Shown here: one piece after another, positions 20,879 through 32,580 of the stretch
Position numbering within the stretch: the stretch's first letter is position 1
Layout: each line of letters starts with the position of its first letter
Source: Gemmatimonadales bacterium
GTDB taxonomy: Bacteria; Gemmatimonadota; Gemmatimonadetes; Gemmatimonadales; GWC2-71-9
Assembly (NCBI GenBank): GCA_041615815.1
Contig: JBFJCP010000003.1
Coordinates: 64,001 to 128,000, forward strand
DNA length: 64,000 nt
Direction: 5' to 3'
The notes under the pieces: model-generated
Told to the model about the DNA's origin: nothing
Seen by the model: the letters and a program-made list of their open reading frames with translations, nothing else
Database searches by the model: none
Made by a program: the position numbers and the translations under genes

Positions 20879-21573
20879 GACCAGCAGCCAAACAGCTCGC
20901 GATAGGGACCGCCGTCCTTGCCCTCCTGGGCACGACCCCGCATCCGGGAAACGCCCAGGGGGGTCCAGTGCTCGACGAGGGCGCGTTCACGATCGTGGAG
21001 GGCACTACCGTTATTGGCCGGGAGGAGTTCACCGTCCGGCGAGGACGCTCGGGGGCGCCGTCGGAAGGCTTCACGATCACGGCCACGGCTGGGTACCCAC
21101 CCACCCAGCCGACGCGCACCGTGACGGTGCGCCTCGAGCTGGGCGCGGACTCGCAACCCGTCGCGGCCGAAATCCAGGAGCGCAGCCAGCAGCGCCGCGC
21201 AATCGTGATGCGTTTCGCCCCCCGCCGGATCACCGTCCGCCTCGTCAGCGCGGCGGGCGAATCCGTCCGCGAGCACCCCAAACGTGCCCGCACTCTGCTG
21301 CACGTCGAGGCCGTGTTCGCCGTCTTTGCCATCCTCCCGAGCCCAGGGAGCCCCTTGGCCGCGATCACGGACGAGGGCGATCGACCGGTGGACGTGTCCC
21401 TGACCGACCACGGCCTCGAACGGGTACGCGTGAAAGGGATCGAGCGGGCACTCCACCACTACTCGCTGGGTCTCGGCAGCGACGAGCACCACGTGTGGTT
21501 CGACGAGCAGGGCCGGTTGATCCAGGTCTCGATTCCGGCTCGGAATGTCAAAGCGGTGCGCGAGGCGTCGTGA
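20875..21573 (+). CDS. Secreted hypothetical beta-rich protein (DUF6134-like)
   Basis: Signal peptide, IGREEF, C-terminal VWFDEQGRLIQV; ATGA overlap with the upstream gene. Confidence 0.65.
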   Translation: MRPAAKQLAIGTAVLALLGTTPHPGNAQGGPVLDEGAFTIVEGTTVIGREEFTVRRGRSGAPSEGFTITATAGYPPTQPTRTVTVRLELGADSQPVAAEIQERSQQRRAIVMRFAPRRITVRLVSAAGESVREHPKRARTLLHVEAVFAVFAILPSPGSPLAAITDEGDRPVDVSLTDHGLERVRVKGIERALHHYSLGLGSDEHHVWFDEQGRLIQVSIPARNVKAVREAS

Positions 21574-21897
21574 CGAAACCCACGCGGTCACTGATTGCGA
21601 GGCGCCCTCCGGCGGCCCGTCGTCCCAGTTGGGACGAAGACGGGTGGTGAGAACACGCGCGGAGGGTCTCAAAAACGGCGCCGCCCATTCCGGCCCCGTC
21701 ACCGTCAACGCCCCCCTACACCCGAGGATGCCCGTCCACAGCGCCGGTTTCCCCGTTCGCCCGGCTCCGTCTTCATAGACCGCGCTCGCGCCCATAGCTT
21801 TCATCCGGCCGCCTGTCTCTCTCGCCGTGAAACCGGCTCCATGGAGGATCCGTACGGCTATGCGGCTCACTCACCAAGTAAAGGCAAGGCAACGATC

Positions 21898-23415
21898 ATG
21901 AACGGCTATCGCATCTCGCTGGTCCTGATGGCGCTGGCCGCCGTGCCGGGGTGCGCGTTCGCGCAGCGTCCGGTCGTACCAACGATTCCCACTTCCCTTT
22001 CGCTGCGCGAGGCCGTGGACTTCGCGCTCCGATACAACCCCACCTATCGCCAGGCCGCCAACGATCGTTCGCCGGCGGCTTGGGGGGTGCGAAACGCCTA
22101 TGCGTCGTTTCTGCCCAACTTGACGGCCGGCTACGGCGTCAACTATACCGGATCCGGGACGCAGACGTTTCTCACTGACGAGTTCGTGCAACCCTCAGCC
22201 ACCATCGGTTCCGACTATTCGCTGAGTTTGTCCATGAGCTTCTCGGGTCGCACCTTGATGCAACCCGGACTGGCCAAGGCCCAGTTGCGAGCAGCGGACG
22301 CGGGCGTGGTGGGCGCGGAGGTCGCCATCGAGACGGCGGTGCGGCGCCAGTACCTCGGGGTCCTCCGCGCCGAGGCGCAGGTGGGCCTGGCCGAGTTGCA
22401 GCTAGAGCGCAACGAGGAATTCCTGCGACTCGCCAACGCGCGCTTCCAGGTGGGACAGAACACGATGCTCGACGTTCGCCAGGCTCAGGTCGCCCGCGGA
22501 CAATCCGAGGTCGCGTTACTACAAGCCCGTCAGCTCGTCACCGTGGAGAAGCTCCGGTTGTTCGAGCAGATGGGGGTCTTGGCGCCTGAGGATCCAGCGC
22601 TCGTGGCACTGTCCGACTCGTTCCCCATCGTGGAGCCCACCTGGCAGCTCGGGTCACTCCTCGGCGAAGCCGAGCAACGGAATCCGGACCTTTTGGCGTT
22701 GCGAGCCCGCGAGCACGCGGCTCACGCGGGCGAGCGGGCCGCAAAGTCATCGTGGCTCCCGACCCTCTCGTTGTCAGCCGGCTGGTCGGGCTTTACGCAG
22801 CAGTTCACCAACGACGCGTTTCTGGTCCAGCAAGCCCAGACCGGAGCCGGGCTGCAATTCCAGTCGTGTCAGCAGCAAAATCTGATCGTGGGCGATGTGA
22901 ATACCCGCTTGGCGGCGAACGAGCAGATCCCGCTGAGCGATTGTAGTCTCTTCATGTTCACTGATGCGGATGCAGCGGCGCTTCGCGCGGACAACGATGT
23001 CTTTCCGTTCAGCTTTCAGACTCAGCCGTTTCAGGCCCGCGTGTCCGTCTCGCTTCCGATTTTCAATCAGTTCAGTCGATCCTTGGAGATCGCGCAGGCG
23101 TCCGCCCAGACGGACGATGCCCAGGAAGCCGTGCGCCAGCGCGAGCTACAAGTTCGCACGGCCGTGAGCGAAGCCTATTACGGGCTCCTCACGGCGTACC
23201 AAACGATCGCGATCCAAGAGGACAATCGGGTGGCCGCGCAGGAACAGCTGCGGTTGGCCACCGAACGGTACCGCGTTGGATCGGGAACGTTTTTCGAGCT
23301 GCTCGATGCCCAAGTGGCCGCGCAGCAAGCCGAGGCGGACTACATTAATGCGATCTATAGCTACCATCAGGCGATCGCCATCTTGGAGTCCGCCGTTGGT
23401 CGTTCCCTTCGCTAG
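21898..23415 (+). CDS. TolC family outer-membrane channel
   Basis: Signal peptide, LSLREAV..AL..NP, two OEP repeats (ARFQVG, ERYRVG..TFFELLDAQ). Confidence 0.92.
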   Translation: MNGYRISLVLMALAAVPGCAFAQRPVVPTIPTSLSLREAVDFALRYNPTYRQAANDRSPAAWGVRNAYASFLPNLTAGYGVNYTGSGTQTFLTDEFVQPSATIGSDYSLSLSMSFSGRTLMQPGLAKAQLRAADAGVVGAEVAIETAVRRQYLGVLRAEAQVGLAELQLERNEEFLRLANARFQVGQNTMLDVRQAQVARGQSEVALLQARQLVTVEKLRLFEQMGVLAPEDPALVALSDSFPIVEPTWQLGSLLGEAEQRNPDLLALRAREHAAHAGERAAKSSWLPTLSLSAGWSGFTQQFTNDAFLVQQAQTGAGLQFQSCQQQNLIVGDVNTRLAANEQIPLSDCSLFMFTDADAAALRADNDVFPFSFQTQPFQARVSVSLPIFNQFSRSLEIAQASAQTDDAQEAVRQRELQVRTAVSEAYYGLLTAYQTIAIQEDNRVAAQEQLRLATERYRVGSGTFFELLDAQVAAQQAEADYINAIYSYHQAIAILESAVGRSLR

Positions 23416-23427
23416 CACGGATGCGAT

Positions 23428-24699
23428 ATGGCACGTCGTAATAAGATCCTCATCTTCGTTGGCCTGATCGTCCTTATCGGAGGATTCATCACCGTCAATG
23501 CGGTCGCCCGCGGTGACCGTGGTGTCGAGGTACGGCTCGAGACCGTAGGTCGGCGCGACCTCGTGGCCACCGTGACCGCCAGCGGACAGATCGCTCCCAA
23601 ACGCTCCGTGGACGTGAGCGCCGACATCACAGGGCGGATCATCGAGATTCCGTTTGCCGAAGGCGACACGGTCAGCCAAGGTGATCTGTTGATCCGAATC
23701 GACCCGTCGCAGTACAATGCGGCCGTCGCCCGGGCACAGGCCACACTCTCGTCCTCTCAGGCGTCCGCCCTCCAGACGCAGGCCAATCGCGACCAAGCCA
23801 AGCGGGCGCTGGATCGCACCATCGAGCTCTGGCGCACGGATAGCACCCTCGTATCCGAGGAACAACTGGATCAGGCGGAGACGTCATTCCAGGTCGCGAA
23901 CGCGCTCGCCAACTCCGCCGAACACCAGGTGGATCAGGCGCGCGCGGCGCTCCAGGAAGCTCGCGAGCAGCTCGCCAAGACGGTGCTCCGCTCCCCGATG
24001 AGTGGACAGGTCACCCGGATGGCGGTGGAAGTGGGCGAGGTCGCGGTACCCGGGACGTTCTCTCGCGAAACCGGTCTCTTGCTCACGGTGAGCGACCTGT
24101 CGGTGATCCAAGTCAACGTGAAGGTCGACGAGACAGATGTGGTGCGACTCCATCACGGAGACTCTGCGGAGATCACCATCGACGCGTTTCCAGACACGAC
24201 GTTCACGGGCCGGGTGACCAAGATCTCCCAGAGCGCGATCCGGCTCGGGGCGGGCGCCACGAGTGCCGGTAGCGACCAGGCGGTGGATTACGATGTGGAG
24301 ATCACGCTGGACGATCCCCCCGTGGAGATCCGCCCGGATCTCTCCGCCACCGCCAAGGTGATCACGGCCATGCGCGACAGCGTGTTGAGCATTCCCATCA
24401 TCGCGCTCACCGTGCGTGAACATACGCCGATACAAATGGAAACGGCCGGAACCGCGCGCAGAGACACCAGTGGCGCCAAGCGCGATACGGAGGGCGTGTT
24501 CGTGGTGGCCGAAGGTCTGGCCCAGTTCCGCCCCGTCAAGGTGGGCATTGCCGGAGAAGAGTACTTCGAGGTCGTGGACGGGCTGACGGAAGGTGACAGT
24601 ATCGTCGCGGGGCCGTATCAGACCATCCGCGATCTTCGCGATGGCGCCAAAGTGCGGGCGGCCGAGGAGCGTGACGATCAGTCCGGAGCGGCCCGATGA
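23428..24699 (+). CDS. Periplasmic adaptor (MacA-like membrane fusion protein)
   Basis: N-terminal anchor, lipoyl-like halves ([17 protein letters not shown]), coiled coil, VDETD. Confidence 0.92.
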   Translation: MARRNKILIFVGLIVLIGGFITVNAVARGDRGVEVRLETVGRRDLVATVTASGQIAPKRSVDVSADITGRIIEIPFAEGDTVSQGDLLIRIDPSQYNAAVARAQATLSSSQASALQTQANRDQAKRALDRTIELWRTDSTLVSEEQLDQAETSFQVANALANSAEHQVDQARAALQEAREQLAKTVLRSPMSGQVTRMAVEVGEVAVPGTFSRETGLLLTVSDLSVIQVNVKVDETDVVRLHHGDSAEITIDAFPDTTFTGRVTKISQSAIRLGAGATSAGSDQAVDYDVEITLDDPPVEIRPDLSATAKVITAMRDSVLSIPIIALTVREHTPIQMETAGTARRDTSGAKRDTEGVFVVAEGLAQFRPVKVGIAGEEYFEVVDGLTEGDSIVAGPYQTIRDLRDGAKVRAAEERDDQSGAAR

Positions 24700-25397
24700 T
24701 GGGGAACGGCGCACTCATACGGGTTCGTGCGCTCACCCGCGAGTATCACATGGACGCGGAGACGGTCCGAGCTCTGCGAGGCGTCGACCTGGACATCCCG
24801 CGCAACGAGTATGTGGCCATCATGGGTCCCTCGGGGTCGGGGAAATCCACCCTCATGAATCTCATCGGATGCCTCGACACGCCCACGTCCGGCGAGTATT
24901 GGCTGAACGGGGTCGAAGTGTCACGCATGGAGGACGATGAGCTCGCTCGGGTTCGGAACCGCGAAATCGGGTTCGTCTTTCAGACCTTCAACCTGCTCCC
25001 TCGAGCGACGGCGCTCCACAACGTGGAACTGCCCCTGATCTATGCCGGAGTACGCGCGGCGGATCGTCGCGCCCGGGCCGCAAGAGCGCTCGAGCGCGTG
25101 GGTCTGGCGGATCGGATGGAGCACAAGCCCAACGAGCTCTCCGGCGGGCAGCGCCAGCGCGTGGCCATTGCTCGCGCCCTCGTCAACGACCCGAGCATTC
25201 TCCTCGCCGACGAGCCCACCGGTAACCTAGACTCCGTCACCAGTAACGAGATTCTCGCCGTCTTCGACGAACTACACCGCGAGGGACAGACCGTCGTCAT
25301 GGTGACTCACGAGGAGGGCGTCGCCGCGCAGGCACGGCGGACCGTGACCCTGCGAGACGGCATGGTGCACAGCGACCGACTGCGCGAAGCGGCCTGA
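24696..25397 (+). CDS. ABC transporter ATP-binding protein (MacB/LolD type)
   Basis: [38 protein letters not shown]. Confidence 0.96.
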   Translation: MMGNGALIRVRALTREYHMDAETVRALRGVDLDIPRNEYVAIMGPSGSGKSTLMNLIGCLDTPTSGEYWLNGVEVSRMEDDELARVRNREIGFVFQTFNLLPRATALHNVELPLIYAGVRAADRRARAARALERVGLADRMEHKPNELSGGQRQRVAIARALVNDPSILLADEPTGNLDSVTSNEILAVFDELHREGQTVVMVTHEEGVAAQARRTVTLRDGMVHSDRLREAA

Positions 25398-25403
25398 GGC
25401 ACC

Positions 25404-26648
25404 GTGCCCTTCCGCGAGGCGATTCGCCTGGCTCTCCAGACCCTCTGGGCGAACAAGATGAAGAGCGTCTTCTCGCTCATCGGCGTCTTCATCGGCGTCA
25501 CGTTCCTGATCGCCGTGATCTCCGTCATCGAGGGCATGAACGAATACATGACGGAGCGGTTTGCCGGCACCATCCTCGGTGTGAACACGTTCTCCCTGCG
25601 GCGCTATCCCAACGTCCAATTGGGGAACGTGTCGGCAGAGACCTGGCGAAAGTGGGTCCGGCGTCCCCGCATCGACTACGAGGATGCGCGGGCCGTGGAA
25701 GCCGCCATTTCCGTTCCGGTCATCACGGCTTGGGAATCCGAGGCCGACATCGACGTGGAGTACCGCGGCAAAGTCGCGCGAGAGATCCGGGTCATCGGCG
25801 CCACGGACAGCTACTTCGACATCAAGGGATGGACGATCGAGGAGGGACGGCCCTTCAGCACCCAAGAGGCCCGAGCGGGACGGCCGGTGCTCGTGATCGG
25901 GCACGAAGTGGCAGCGCGTCTCTTCGACAACGTCGATCCCATTGGCCGGGAAGTAAAGATTCGAGACATGCCGTACCGCATCATTGGCATCGTCGAGGCC
26001 CAGGGGAACCTTTTCGGGCTGTCGTTGGACAAGTTCGCCGTGGCCCCCGCGCTCTCCCCGGTCAAGAAGTTCGTGGCACCTCCGGGCCGGATCGATGCCT
26101 TCGTGGTCAAAGCGGCAACGCCTGCCGAGCTGGAGACGGCCATGGCGGAGGCAGAGGCCGCCATGCGGAGCCGTCGCCACTTGAGACCGGGTGAGGAGAA
26201 CACGTTCGTCCTCGAAACGGCGGATGACGTCCTCGACTTTTGGGGGAAGATCAACGCGGTGTTGATCACCGCCCTGCCGCTCCTCGTGGGCATCTCCCTA
26301 CTCGTGGGCGGGATCGTGATCATGAACATCATGCTCATGGCCGTCGCGGAGCGCACCCGAGAAATCGGGATCCGTAAGTCTCTCGGCGCGCGCCGCGGGG
26401 ATATTCTCAAGCAGTTTCTAGTGGAATCTGGCACCCTCGCCACACTGGGAGCCGGACTGGGCATTGTGACCGGGTTCACCCTGGCCGGTGCAGTGGATGC
26501 TGCCACCCCTCTGCCCACGAGCGTGGCCCCGTGGTCCATTCTCCTCGGCGTCCTCCTGGGAGGCGGCGTCGGTATCGCGGCCGGTCTCTACCCGGCCAGC
26601 CGAGCCGCGCGCCTGGATCCCATCACCGCCATCAGGCATGAGACATGA
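25404..26648 (+). CDS. MacB/FtsX-type ABC permease 1
   Basis: TM1 plus periplasmic domain plus 3 TMs; [31 protein letters not shown]. Confidence 0.93.
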   Translation: MPFREAIRLALQTLWANKMKSVFSLIGVFIGVTFLIAVISVIEGMNEYMTERFAGTILGVNTFSLRRYPNVQLGNVSAETWRKWVRRPRIDYEDARAVEAAISVPVITAWESEADIDVEYRGKVAREIRVIGATDSYFDIKGWTIEEGRPFSTQEARAGRPVLVIGHEVAARLFDNVDPIGREVKIRDMPYRIIGIVEAQGNLFGLSLDKFAVAPALSPVKKFVAPPGRIDAFVVKAATPAELETAMAEAEAAMRSRRHLRPGEENTFVLETADDVLDFWGKINAVLITALPLLVGISLLVGGIVIMNIMLMAVAERTREIGIRKSLGARRGDILKQFLVESGTLATLGAGLGIVTGFTLAGAVDAATPLPTSVAPWSILLGVLLGGGVGIAAGLYPASRAARLDPITAIRHET

Positions 26649-27880
26649 CGCAGCTGTTCGAGGGTGTAGGAATCGCGCTCGATTCGCTGCGTGCCAACAA
26701 GGTGCGAGCGGCCCTGACCATCGTCGGCGTGGCTATCGGCGTCATGGTGGTCATGGTGATTGGGTCGATGATCTCGGGGATCAACCGCGGCGTGGAGGAC
26801 ATCTTCAACCAGCTGGGGCCCCGCACGTTCTTCGTGTTTCGGTTCTTCCAAGGCGGGGTGGTCGTATCCGACGGAACGGACGAGACGAGCCCATGGCGTC
26901 GGAACCCGCCACTCACCATCGATGAGGCCGCACGCCTCGTCGAGCTGTCCAGCATCGCCGCGGTGGTGGTGGACGAGCAGTCCAGCACCGAAGTGCAATT
27001 CGCCAACAACGAGCTCGATAACGTCACGGTCCTCGGGCGCGGACCCCGGTGGCTCGAAGTCTCCGGTGGTGACGTCTTCCCAGGCCGCTCGTTCACCAAT
27101 CTGGAGTTCCAGGCGCGCACTCGGGTCGTCGTGATCAATGACAAGATGGCTGAAGAGCTGTTCGCCTTGCGAGATCCGCTTGGGCAACGGATCACGATTG
27201 CTGGTGTACCGTACGAAGTCATCGGTGTCTACACCCCACCCCCCGACATCTTTGGCTCGGGAAATCGACCCCAAGCCCTCCTGCCCCACAGCACGTTTCA
27301 AAAACACGTGCCCCACTTCCGGGGATGGATGAACTTCCTGGTGCTCCCAGCGGGCGACGTTGCTGTGCAGGACGCCATCGATGATGCCACGGCGGTGCTC
27401 CGGGGGATGCGGGGACTCCGGCCTGCAGAAGAGAACACGTTCTCCATCGTGACGCAGGACAAGCTCCTCGAAAACTGGAACCAAGTCACCGGCATTTTCT
27501 TCTTCGTGATGATCATCCTGTCCAGCGTCGGTCTCATGGTCGGGGGCGTGGGCGTCGTCGCCATCATGATGATCTCGGTGACCGAGCGCACGCGGGAGAT
27601 CGGGATCCGCAAGGCCCTCGGCGCCAAACGGCGCGAGATCCTGTGGCAGTTCCTCGTGGAAGCAGCCACCCTCACAGCCCTCGGTGGCATCATCGGTATG
27701 GCCTTGGGTGGGCTGGCCAGCACGATCGTCAGGGCGGCGACTCCCCTCCCGGCCAATGTCCCCATGGCATCCATCGTGGCCGCACTCGGCGTGTCCGTCC
27801 TCACCGGGGTGGCCTTCGGTCTCTACCCTGCCGCCAAGGCGGCGCGGCTCGATCCGGTAGAGGCGTTGCGATATGAGTAG
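26645..27880 (+). CDS. MacB/FtsX-type ABC permease 2
   Basis: [36 protein letters not shown]. Confidence 0.93.
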   Translation: MTQLFEGVGIALDSLRANKVRAALTIVGVAIGVMVVMVIGSMISGINRGVEDIFNQLGPRTFFVFRFFQGGVVVSDGTDETSPWRRNPPLTIDEAARLVELSSIAAVVVDEQSSTEVQFANNELDNVTVLGRGPRWLEVSGGDVFPGRSFTNLEFQARTRVVVINDKMAEELFALRDPLGQRITIAGVPYEVIGVYTPPPDIFGSGNRPQALLPHSTFQKHVPHFRGWMNFLVLPAGDVAVQDAIDDATAVLRGMRGLRPAEENTFSIVTQDKLLENWNQVTGIFFFVMIILSSVGLMVGGVGVVAIMMISVTERTREIGIRKALGAKRREILWQFLVEAATLTALGGIIGMALGGLASTIVRAATPLPANVPMASIVAALGVSVLTGVAFGLYPAAKAARLDPVEALRYE

Positions 27881-28032
27881 AGGGGGCCGAAGGGGCAAAG
27901 GGAGCAGAAGCACGGGACGATAGACCAGTCCGCCGCCTCGTCTACCTCTGCTGGCTCCCCTCCACTGACCCCAACCACCCATTCACCGAAGCGGCGCTTT
28001 GGTCTCCCGGTCCGCTGCCGTAACTTTTCCCC

Positions 28033-29277
28033 ATGCCAGTCCGCGAAGGTCTCCGTCTCGCGCTGCAGGCGATCTTCAGCCATCGGCTACGGTCGTCGTT
28101 CACGATCCTTGGCATCCTCGTCTCCGTCGCGTTCCTCGTGACGGTCGTCGCGGTGATCCAGGGGATGAACGCTTACGTCCAGGAACGGCTGGCCGGCGCC
28201 ATCGTTGGCACTAACGCTTTTCAGGTCCGTCGCACGCCGATCGCCGTGGGGCAGATCGACGACGAGGAATGGCGACAGATTCAACAGCGGCCCCGCATCA
28301 ACCAGCGCGACTACGAGTTTGTGCAGCGGGCACTCCAGGACGCCAGAGCGGTCGCCCTCCAGTCGGGGTGGCCCACCCCGCAAACCGACGTGCACTGGCG
28401 CAATCGAACGGTGGGCGACGTCCTCGCGTTCGGCATTACGGCACCGTATCAAGTCGTGCAGGATTACGCCTTTGCTGCGGGGGAGCCGCTCACCGACATC
28501 GACATTCGGGAGCGCCGGTATCTCGTGGTGCTGGGATGGGACGTCGCCGATAAGCTGTTTGGCGAGCCTGCCATGGCCATCGACCAGCGCATCCGCCTGG
28601 GGCGGATGCCACTGACGGTCAAAGGCGTGACCGCCAAGAAAGGCACGATCCTGGGGCAGTCGTGGGATGGCTTCGTCATGCTGCCCCTCACGACCTTCGA
28701 GAGCATCTACGGGAGGCGCCAGACTCTCACCATCTCCGTGAAGATGCCCACACCGCAGGCATTGCCAGACGCGATGTCGCGCGCCGAAGAAGCGATGCGC
28801 GTGGCGAGGCGCCTCCGGCCCTCGGATCCCAACGACTTCGTGGTGGACAAAGCGGATGCCCTCGTCACGTTTTGGGCCAATCTCACTGGCGTGCTCTTCG
28901 CCATCATCCCCGCGGTCGTGGGCATCGGGCTCATCGTCGGCGGCATCGTGATCATGAACATCATGCTCATGTCCGTTCGTGAACGAACCCGAGAAATCGG
29001 AATCCGAAAGTCCCTCGGTGCCCGGCGCATCGACATCCGCCGCCAGTTCCTGGCTGAAGCGGTCACCCTCGCCAGCCTCGGTGGACTCATCGGCATCCTC
29101 GCGGGCTGGGGGCTGGCGCTCCTCGTGGCGACCGCCACACCGCTTCCCGCCCGGGTCACACTCTGGTCGGTCGCGATCGCCCTGGCGCTCGGCGCGACCA
29201 TCGGCGTCATCTTTGGCGTCTATCCCGCGCACCGGGCCGCCAAACTCGACCCAATCGTCGCCCTGCGCTACGAATGA
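28033..29277 (+). CDS. MacB/FtsX-type ABC permease 3
   Basis: [34 protein letters not shown]; resembles permease 1. Confidence 0.93.
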   Translation: MPVREGLRLALQAIFSHRLRSSFTILGILVSVAFLVTVVAVIQGMNAYVQERLAGAIVGTNAFQVRRTPIAVGQIDDEEWRQIQQRPRINQRDYEFVQRALQDARAVALQSGWPTPQTDVHWRNRTVGDVLAFGITAPYQVVQDYAFAAGEPLTDIDIRERRYLVVLGWDVADKLFGEPAMAIDQRIRLGRMPLTVKGVTAKKGTILGQSWDGFVMLPLTTFESIYGRRQTLTISVKMPTPQALPDAMSRAEEAMRVARRLRPSDPNDFVVDKADALVTFWANLTGVLFAIIPAVVGIGLIVGGIVIMNIMLMSVRERTREIGIRKSLGARRIDIRRQFLAEAVTLASLGGLIGILAGWGLALLVATATPLPARVTLWSVAIALALGATIGVIFGVYPAHRAAKLDPIVALRYE

Positions 29278-30515
29278 AGCTGCATACGGTTTCCGAGGGA
29301 GCAGGCATCGCCTTGGGTGCCATCCGCGACAATAAGCTGCGGTCGGCCCTGACGATCCTGGGCGTGGTCATTGGCGTATCGACCGTGATGGCCATGGCCT
29401 CCATCGTGAGCGGGCTTCGCCATCAGATCATCAATACCCTCGAAGTCGCCGGCCCGACCACGTTCTACGTGGTGCGGTTCTTCTCACAAACCCCACTCAA
29501 CCCGGACGCGTTGCCGCGAGAAGTCCGCATCCGGCCTGTCCTGAAACGCGAAGAGGCTGACGTCATTGGACGCCTGCCGGAGGTTTCGTACAGCGGGATC
29601 TGGATTCAGATGCTCCAGAAACTGGAGTACGGTGGTGTGAGTACGCAGCTGGCCACCATTTACGCCGCGGATGATCGCTACATGGAGATCGGCGGCGGCA
29701 CGCTTCCGCGTGGACGCTTCTTTAGTGTGAGCGAGGTGCGCGGCGGTGACCCGGTGGTGGTGCTCGAAGAAAACTTTGCGCAGCGGTTGTTTGGGCGCGC
29801 CGATCCCCTGGGACGGGACGTCCGCATCGGCGGTCGGCCGCTCCGGGTCATCGGAATCTACCGTACGCCCGAGAACATCTTTCAACCGCCAAGTCAGGAG
29901 ATCGCCGCCATCATACCCTTTGAGACTGGTGACAAATACTTTCGGTACGACGAAACCAACGCACTGTGGATCGCCGTCAAGCCTCACGCCGGCGTGACGG
30001 TGAATGCCGCACAAGATGCCGTGACCATCGCCCTCCGCCGTGCCCGGGGGCTCCGACCCGGCGATCCGAACACGTTCGACATGATCACCCAGGATCAGAT
30101 CCTCGACATCTTCAACCAGCTCACCTCGGTGTTCTTCTTGGTCATGATCGCCCTGTCGAGCGTGGCGCTCATGGTGGGCGGCATCGGGGTGATGGGCATC
30201 ATGATGGTCTCGGTCACCGACCGCACACGAGAGATCGGCGTGCGCAAGGCCCTGGGAGCCACTCGCAAAGAGATTCTGTGGCAGTTCCTGGTGGAAGCCG
30301 CAACGCTGACATTGGTGGGCGGCGGGATCGGAGTCCTCCTGGGTCTCACCGCCGGCGAGGGGCTCAAGAGCGCCCTCGGCTTCGAGAGCGGCGTGCCCAT
30401 GTGGAGCGCGGCCATCGCCGTGGCGGTCTCGATCATCATCGGACTCGTCTTTGGGCTCCTCCCCGCGAGCCGCGCCGCTCGGCTGGACCCGATCGCGGCC
30501 TTGCGGTACGAGTGA
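29274..30515 (+). CDS. MacB/FtsX-type ABC permease 4
   Basis: [35 protein letters not shown]; resembles permease 2. Confidence 0.93.
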   Translation: MKLHTVSEGAGIALGAIRDNKLRSALTILGVVIGVSTVMAMASIVSGLRHQIINTLEVAGPTTFYVVRFFSQTPLNPDALPREVRIRPVLKREEADVIGRLPEVSYSGIWIQMLQKLEYGGVSTQLATIYAADDRYMEIGGGTLPRGRFFSVSEVRGGDPVVVLEENFAQRLFGRADPLGRDVRIGGRPLRVIGIYRTPENIFQPPSQEIAAIIPFETGDKYFRYDETNALWIAVKPHAGVTVNAAQDAVTIALRRARGLRPGDPNTFDMITQDQILDIFNQLTSVFFLVMIALSSVALMVGGIGVMGIMMVSVTDRTREIGVRKALGATRKEILWQFLVEAATLTLVGGGIGVLLGLTAGEGLKSALGFESGVPMWSAAIAVAVSIIIGLVFGLLPASRAARLDPIAALRYE

Positions 30516-30551
30516 GACAGGGAGCCGGTTGCCCGTATATCTTCCTTCCCC

Positions 30552-31274
30552 ATGATCACGACCGTCGATCTGCTCGCCATCGCCGCGCATCCCGATGACG
30601 TGGAGCTCACGTGTGGCGGCACGCTCCTCAAAGCCGCCCGGGCCGGCTACCACACGGGGATCATCGACCTCACGCGGGGTGAGACTGGGACCCGGGGATC
30701 TCCCGAGCGACGAGCACAAGAAGCCGCGGACGCCGCGAAAATCTTGGGGGTGAGGCGCCGTGAGAACGCGGAGCTTCCCGATGCCCATCTCCACAATACG
30801 GATGCCACGCGTCGAGTGGTCGTGGAGCTGCTTCGATCGTTCAGACCCAAAGTGGTGATTCTCCCGTTCCCAGTGGGACGACACCCCGATCACCGAGAGG
30901 CCTCCGAGGTCGGACGGGACGCCTGCTACCTCGCCGGGCTCGAGAAATACGACGCGGAGGGCGAGCCGCACCGACCCACGAAGATCCTCTACGCGTTGGC
31001 CTACCGCGAGGACCCCGTGAAGCCGAGTTTCGTCGTCGACATCTCTGACGAATTCGACGACAAGCTCTCGGCCATCCGCTGCTACGCCTCGCAGTTCGAC
31101 GGCGCCAAGGCCGCCGGTGAGATCTTCCCCACCGGCCAAGACCTCTACGACCTGGTCCGAGTACAGAACGCCCACTATGGCAGCCTCATACGCACTCGGT
31201 TCGGCGAGCCCTTCCTGACATTCGAAACGGTTCGGGTGGATGACGTCGTGGCCATGGGGGTTCACAGTATGTGA
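30552..31274 (+). CDS. bshB1: Bacillithiol biosynthesis N-acetylglucosaminyl-malate deacetylase (PIG-L family)
   Basis: AHPDDVEL.CGGT, DLTRGETGTRG, RHPDH, YLAGL, KPSFVVDIS, YASQF. Confidence 0.85.
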   Translation: MITTVDLLAIAAHPDDVELTCGGTLLKAARAGYHTGIIDLTRGETGTRGSPERRAQEAADAAKILGVRRRENAELPDAHLHNTDATRRVVVELLRSFRPKVVILPFPVGRHPDHREASEVGRDACYLAGLEKYDAEGEPHRPTKILYALAYREDPVKPSFVVDISDEFDDKLSAIRCYASQFDGAKAAGEIFPTGQDLYDLVRVQNAHYGSLIRTRFGEPFLTFETVRVDDVVAMGVHSM

Positions 31275-31404
31275 GGACAGGGGAGCAGGAATCGGGAGGC
31301 GGTCTCAGAGCGATCTGGGGTGGCGGGGGGAAGAAGGGGGCCACGGGGCCACGACCGCGCCCCGCTCCCCGCTCCCCGCTCCCCCTCAGTACTTTTCACA
31401 CATC

Positions 31405-32580
31405 ATGACCACGGAATACGTCTACCTCGACAACGCCGCGACGACGCCGATCAAGCCGCAGGTGCGGAAGGCGATGCTTCCCTACCTCACGGAGGAGGCG
31501 TTTGGCAATCCCAGCTCGGCGCACCGGGTGGGGCGACGTGCCCGGAGTGGGCTGGAGCGGGCACGCCGCAGCGTCGCCCATGCCCTGGGCGCCGAGCCTC
31601 GGGACGTTTATTTCACCTCCGGTGGCACCGAGGCGGACAACCTCGCCGTTATCGGGACCGCGCTCGCCTCCAAGGCTCGCGGTGGGCCGTTCCGGGTGGC
31701 CGTGAGCGGCTTGGAGCACAAGGCGGTGCTCGACGCCGCCCACGCCGTGGAAGGATTGGGCGGCGAAGCCGTCGTCCTCCCCGTCGACCGCGGAGGCCGG
31801 GTGGACCTGACTGCCCTGGACGCTGCCCTGGCGCGTGGACTCGCAGTTGTGAGTGTCATGTGGGTCAACAACGAGACGGGACTGATCCCGAACGCCGCGG
31901 ATGTCGCGAGGCGATGCGAGGCGGCGGCCGTGCCATTCCATACGGATGCGGTCCAAGCAGTGGGCAAAGTGCCTTGCAACGTCACCCTGATGCCCATTTC
32001 CCTCTTGACGGTTTCCGGTCACAAAATCGGGGCCCCCAAGGGGATCGGCGCTCTCATCGTCCGCGATCACGACCTCGTGGAACCGCTGATCCACGGCGGG
32101 GGGCAACAGTCTGGGATTCGACCTGGGACCGAGAACGTCGCCGGCGCCGTCGCGCTAGGCGTCGCGGTCGAGCTTGCCACCCGGGAGCGCGAGCAGGCCG
32201 CCACCGCCACCAGTGCGCTGCGAGACGACCTCGAGGAGCGGCTGCGCCGGGCCATCCCGGGTCTCCAGGTCCATGGGGCCCACGCCGACCGGGCCCCGCA
32301 CATCAGCAGCGTATCCGTTCCGGCAGCGGATGCCGAGTCGCTGATGATGCATCTGGACATGGCTGGGGTGGCGTGCTCATCCGGATCGGCGTGCAGCACC
32401 GGGACGGTGAGCATCTCGCACGTGCTCTCCGCCCTCGGTGTGCCCGATGAACTCGCCGTGGGAACCCTGCGATTCTCGTTCCGTTTGGAGAATCGGGCGA
32501 GCGACGTCGATCGCGTCGTCGAGACGTTGCCGGGTGCAGTGGAGAAGGTGCGAAAGCTCACGGAGCAGTTGCAGAGATGA
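31405..32580 (+). CDS. iscS: Cysteine desulfurase (IscS/NifS group I)
   Basis: [34 protein letters not shown] (PLP lysine), SSGSAC. Confidence 0.9.
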   Translation: MTTEYVYLDNAATTPIKPQVRKAMLPYLTEEAFGNPSSAHRVGRRARSGLERARRSVAHALGAEPRDVYFTSGGTEADNLAVIGTALASKARGGPFRVAVSGLEHKAVLDAAHAVEGLGGEAVVLPVDRGGRVDLTALDAALARGLAVVSVMWVNNETGLIPNAADVARRCEAAAVPFHTDAVQAVGKVPCNVTLMPISLLTVSGHKIGAPKGIGALIVRDHDLVEPLIHGGGQQSGIRPGTENVAGAVALGVAVELATREREQAATATSALRDDLEERLRRAIPGLQVHGAHADRAPHISSVSVPAADAESLMMHLDMAGVACSSGSACSTGTVSISHVLSALGVPDELAVGTLRFSFRLENRASDVDRVVETLPGAVEKVRKLTEQLQR

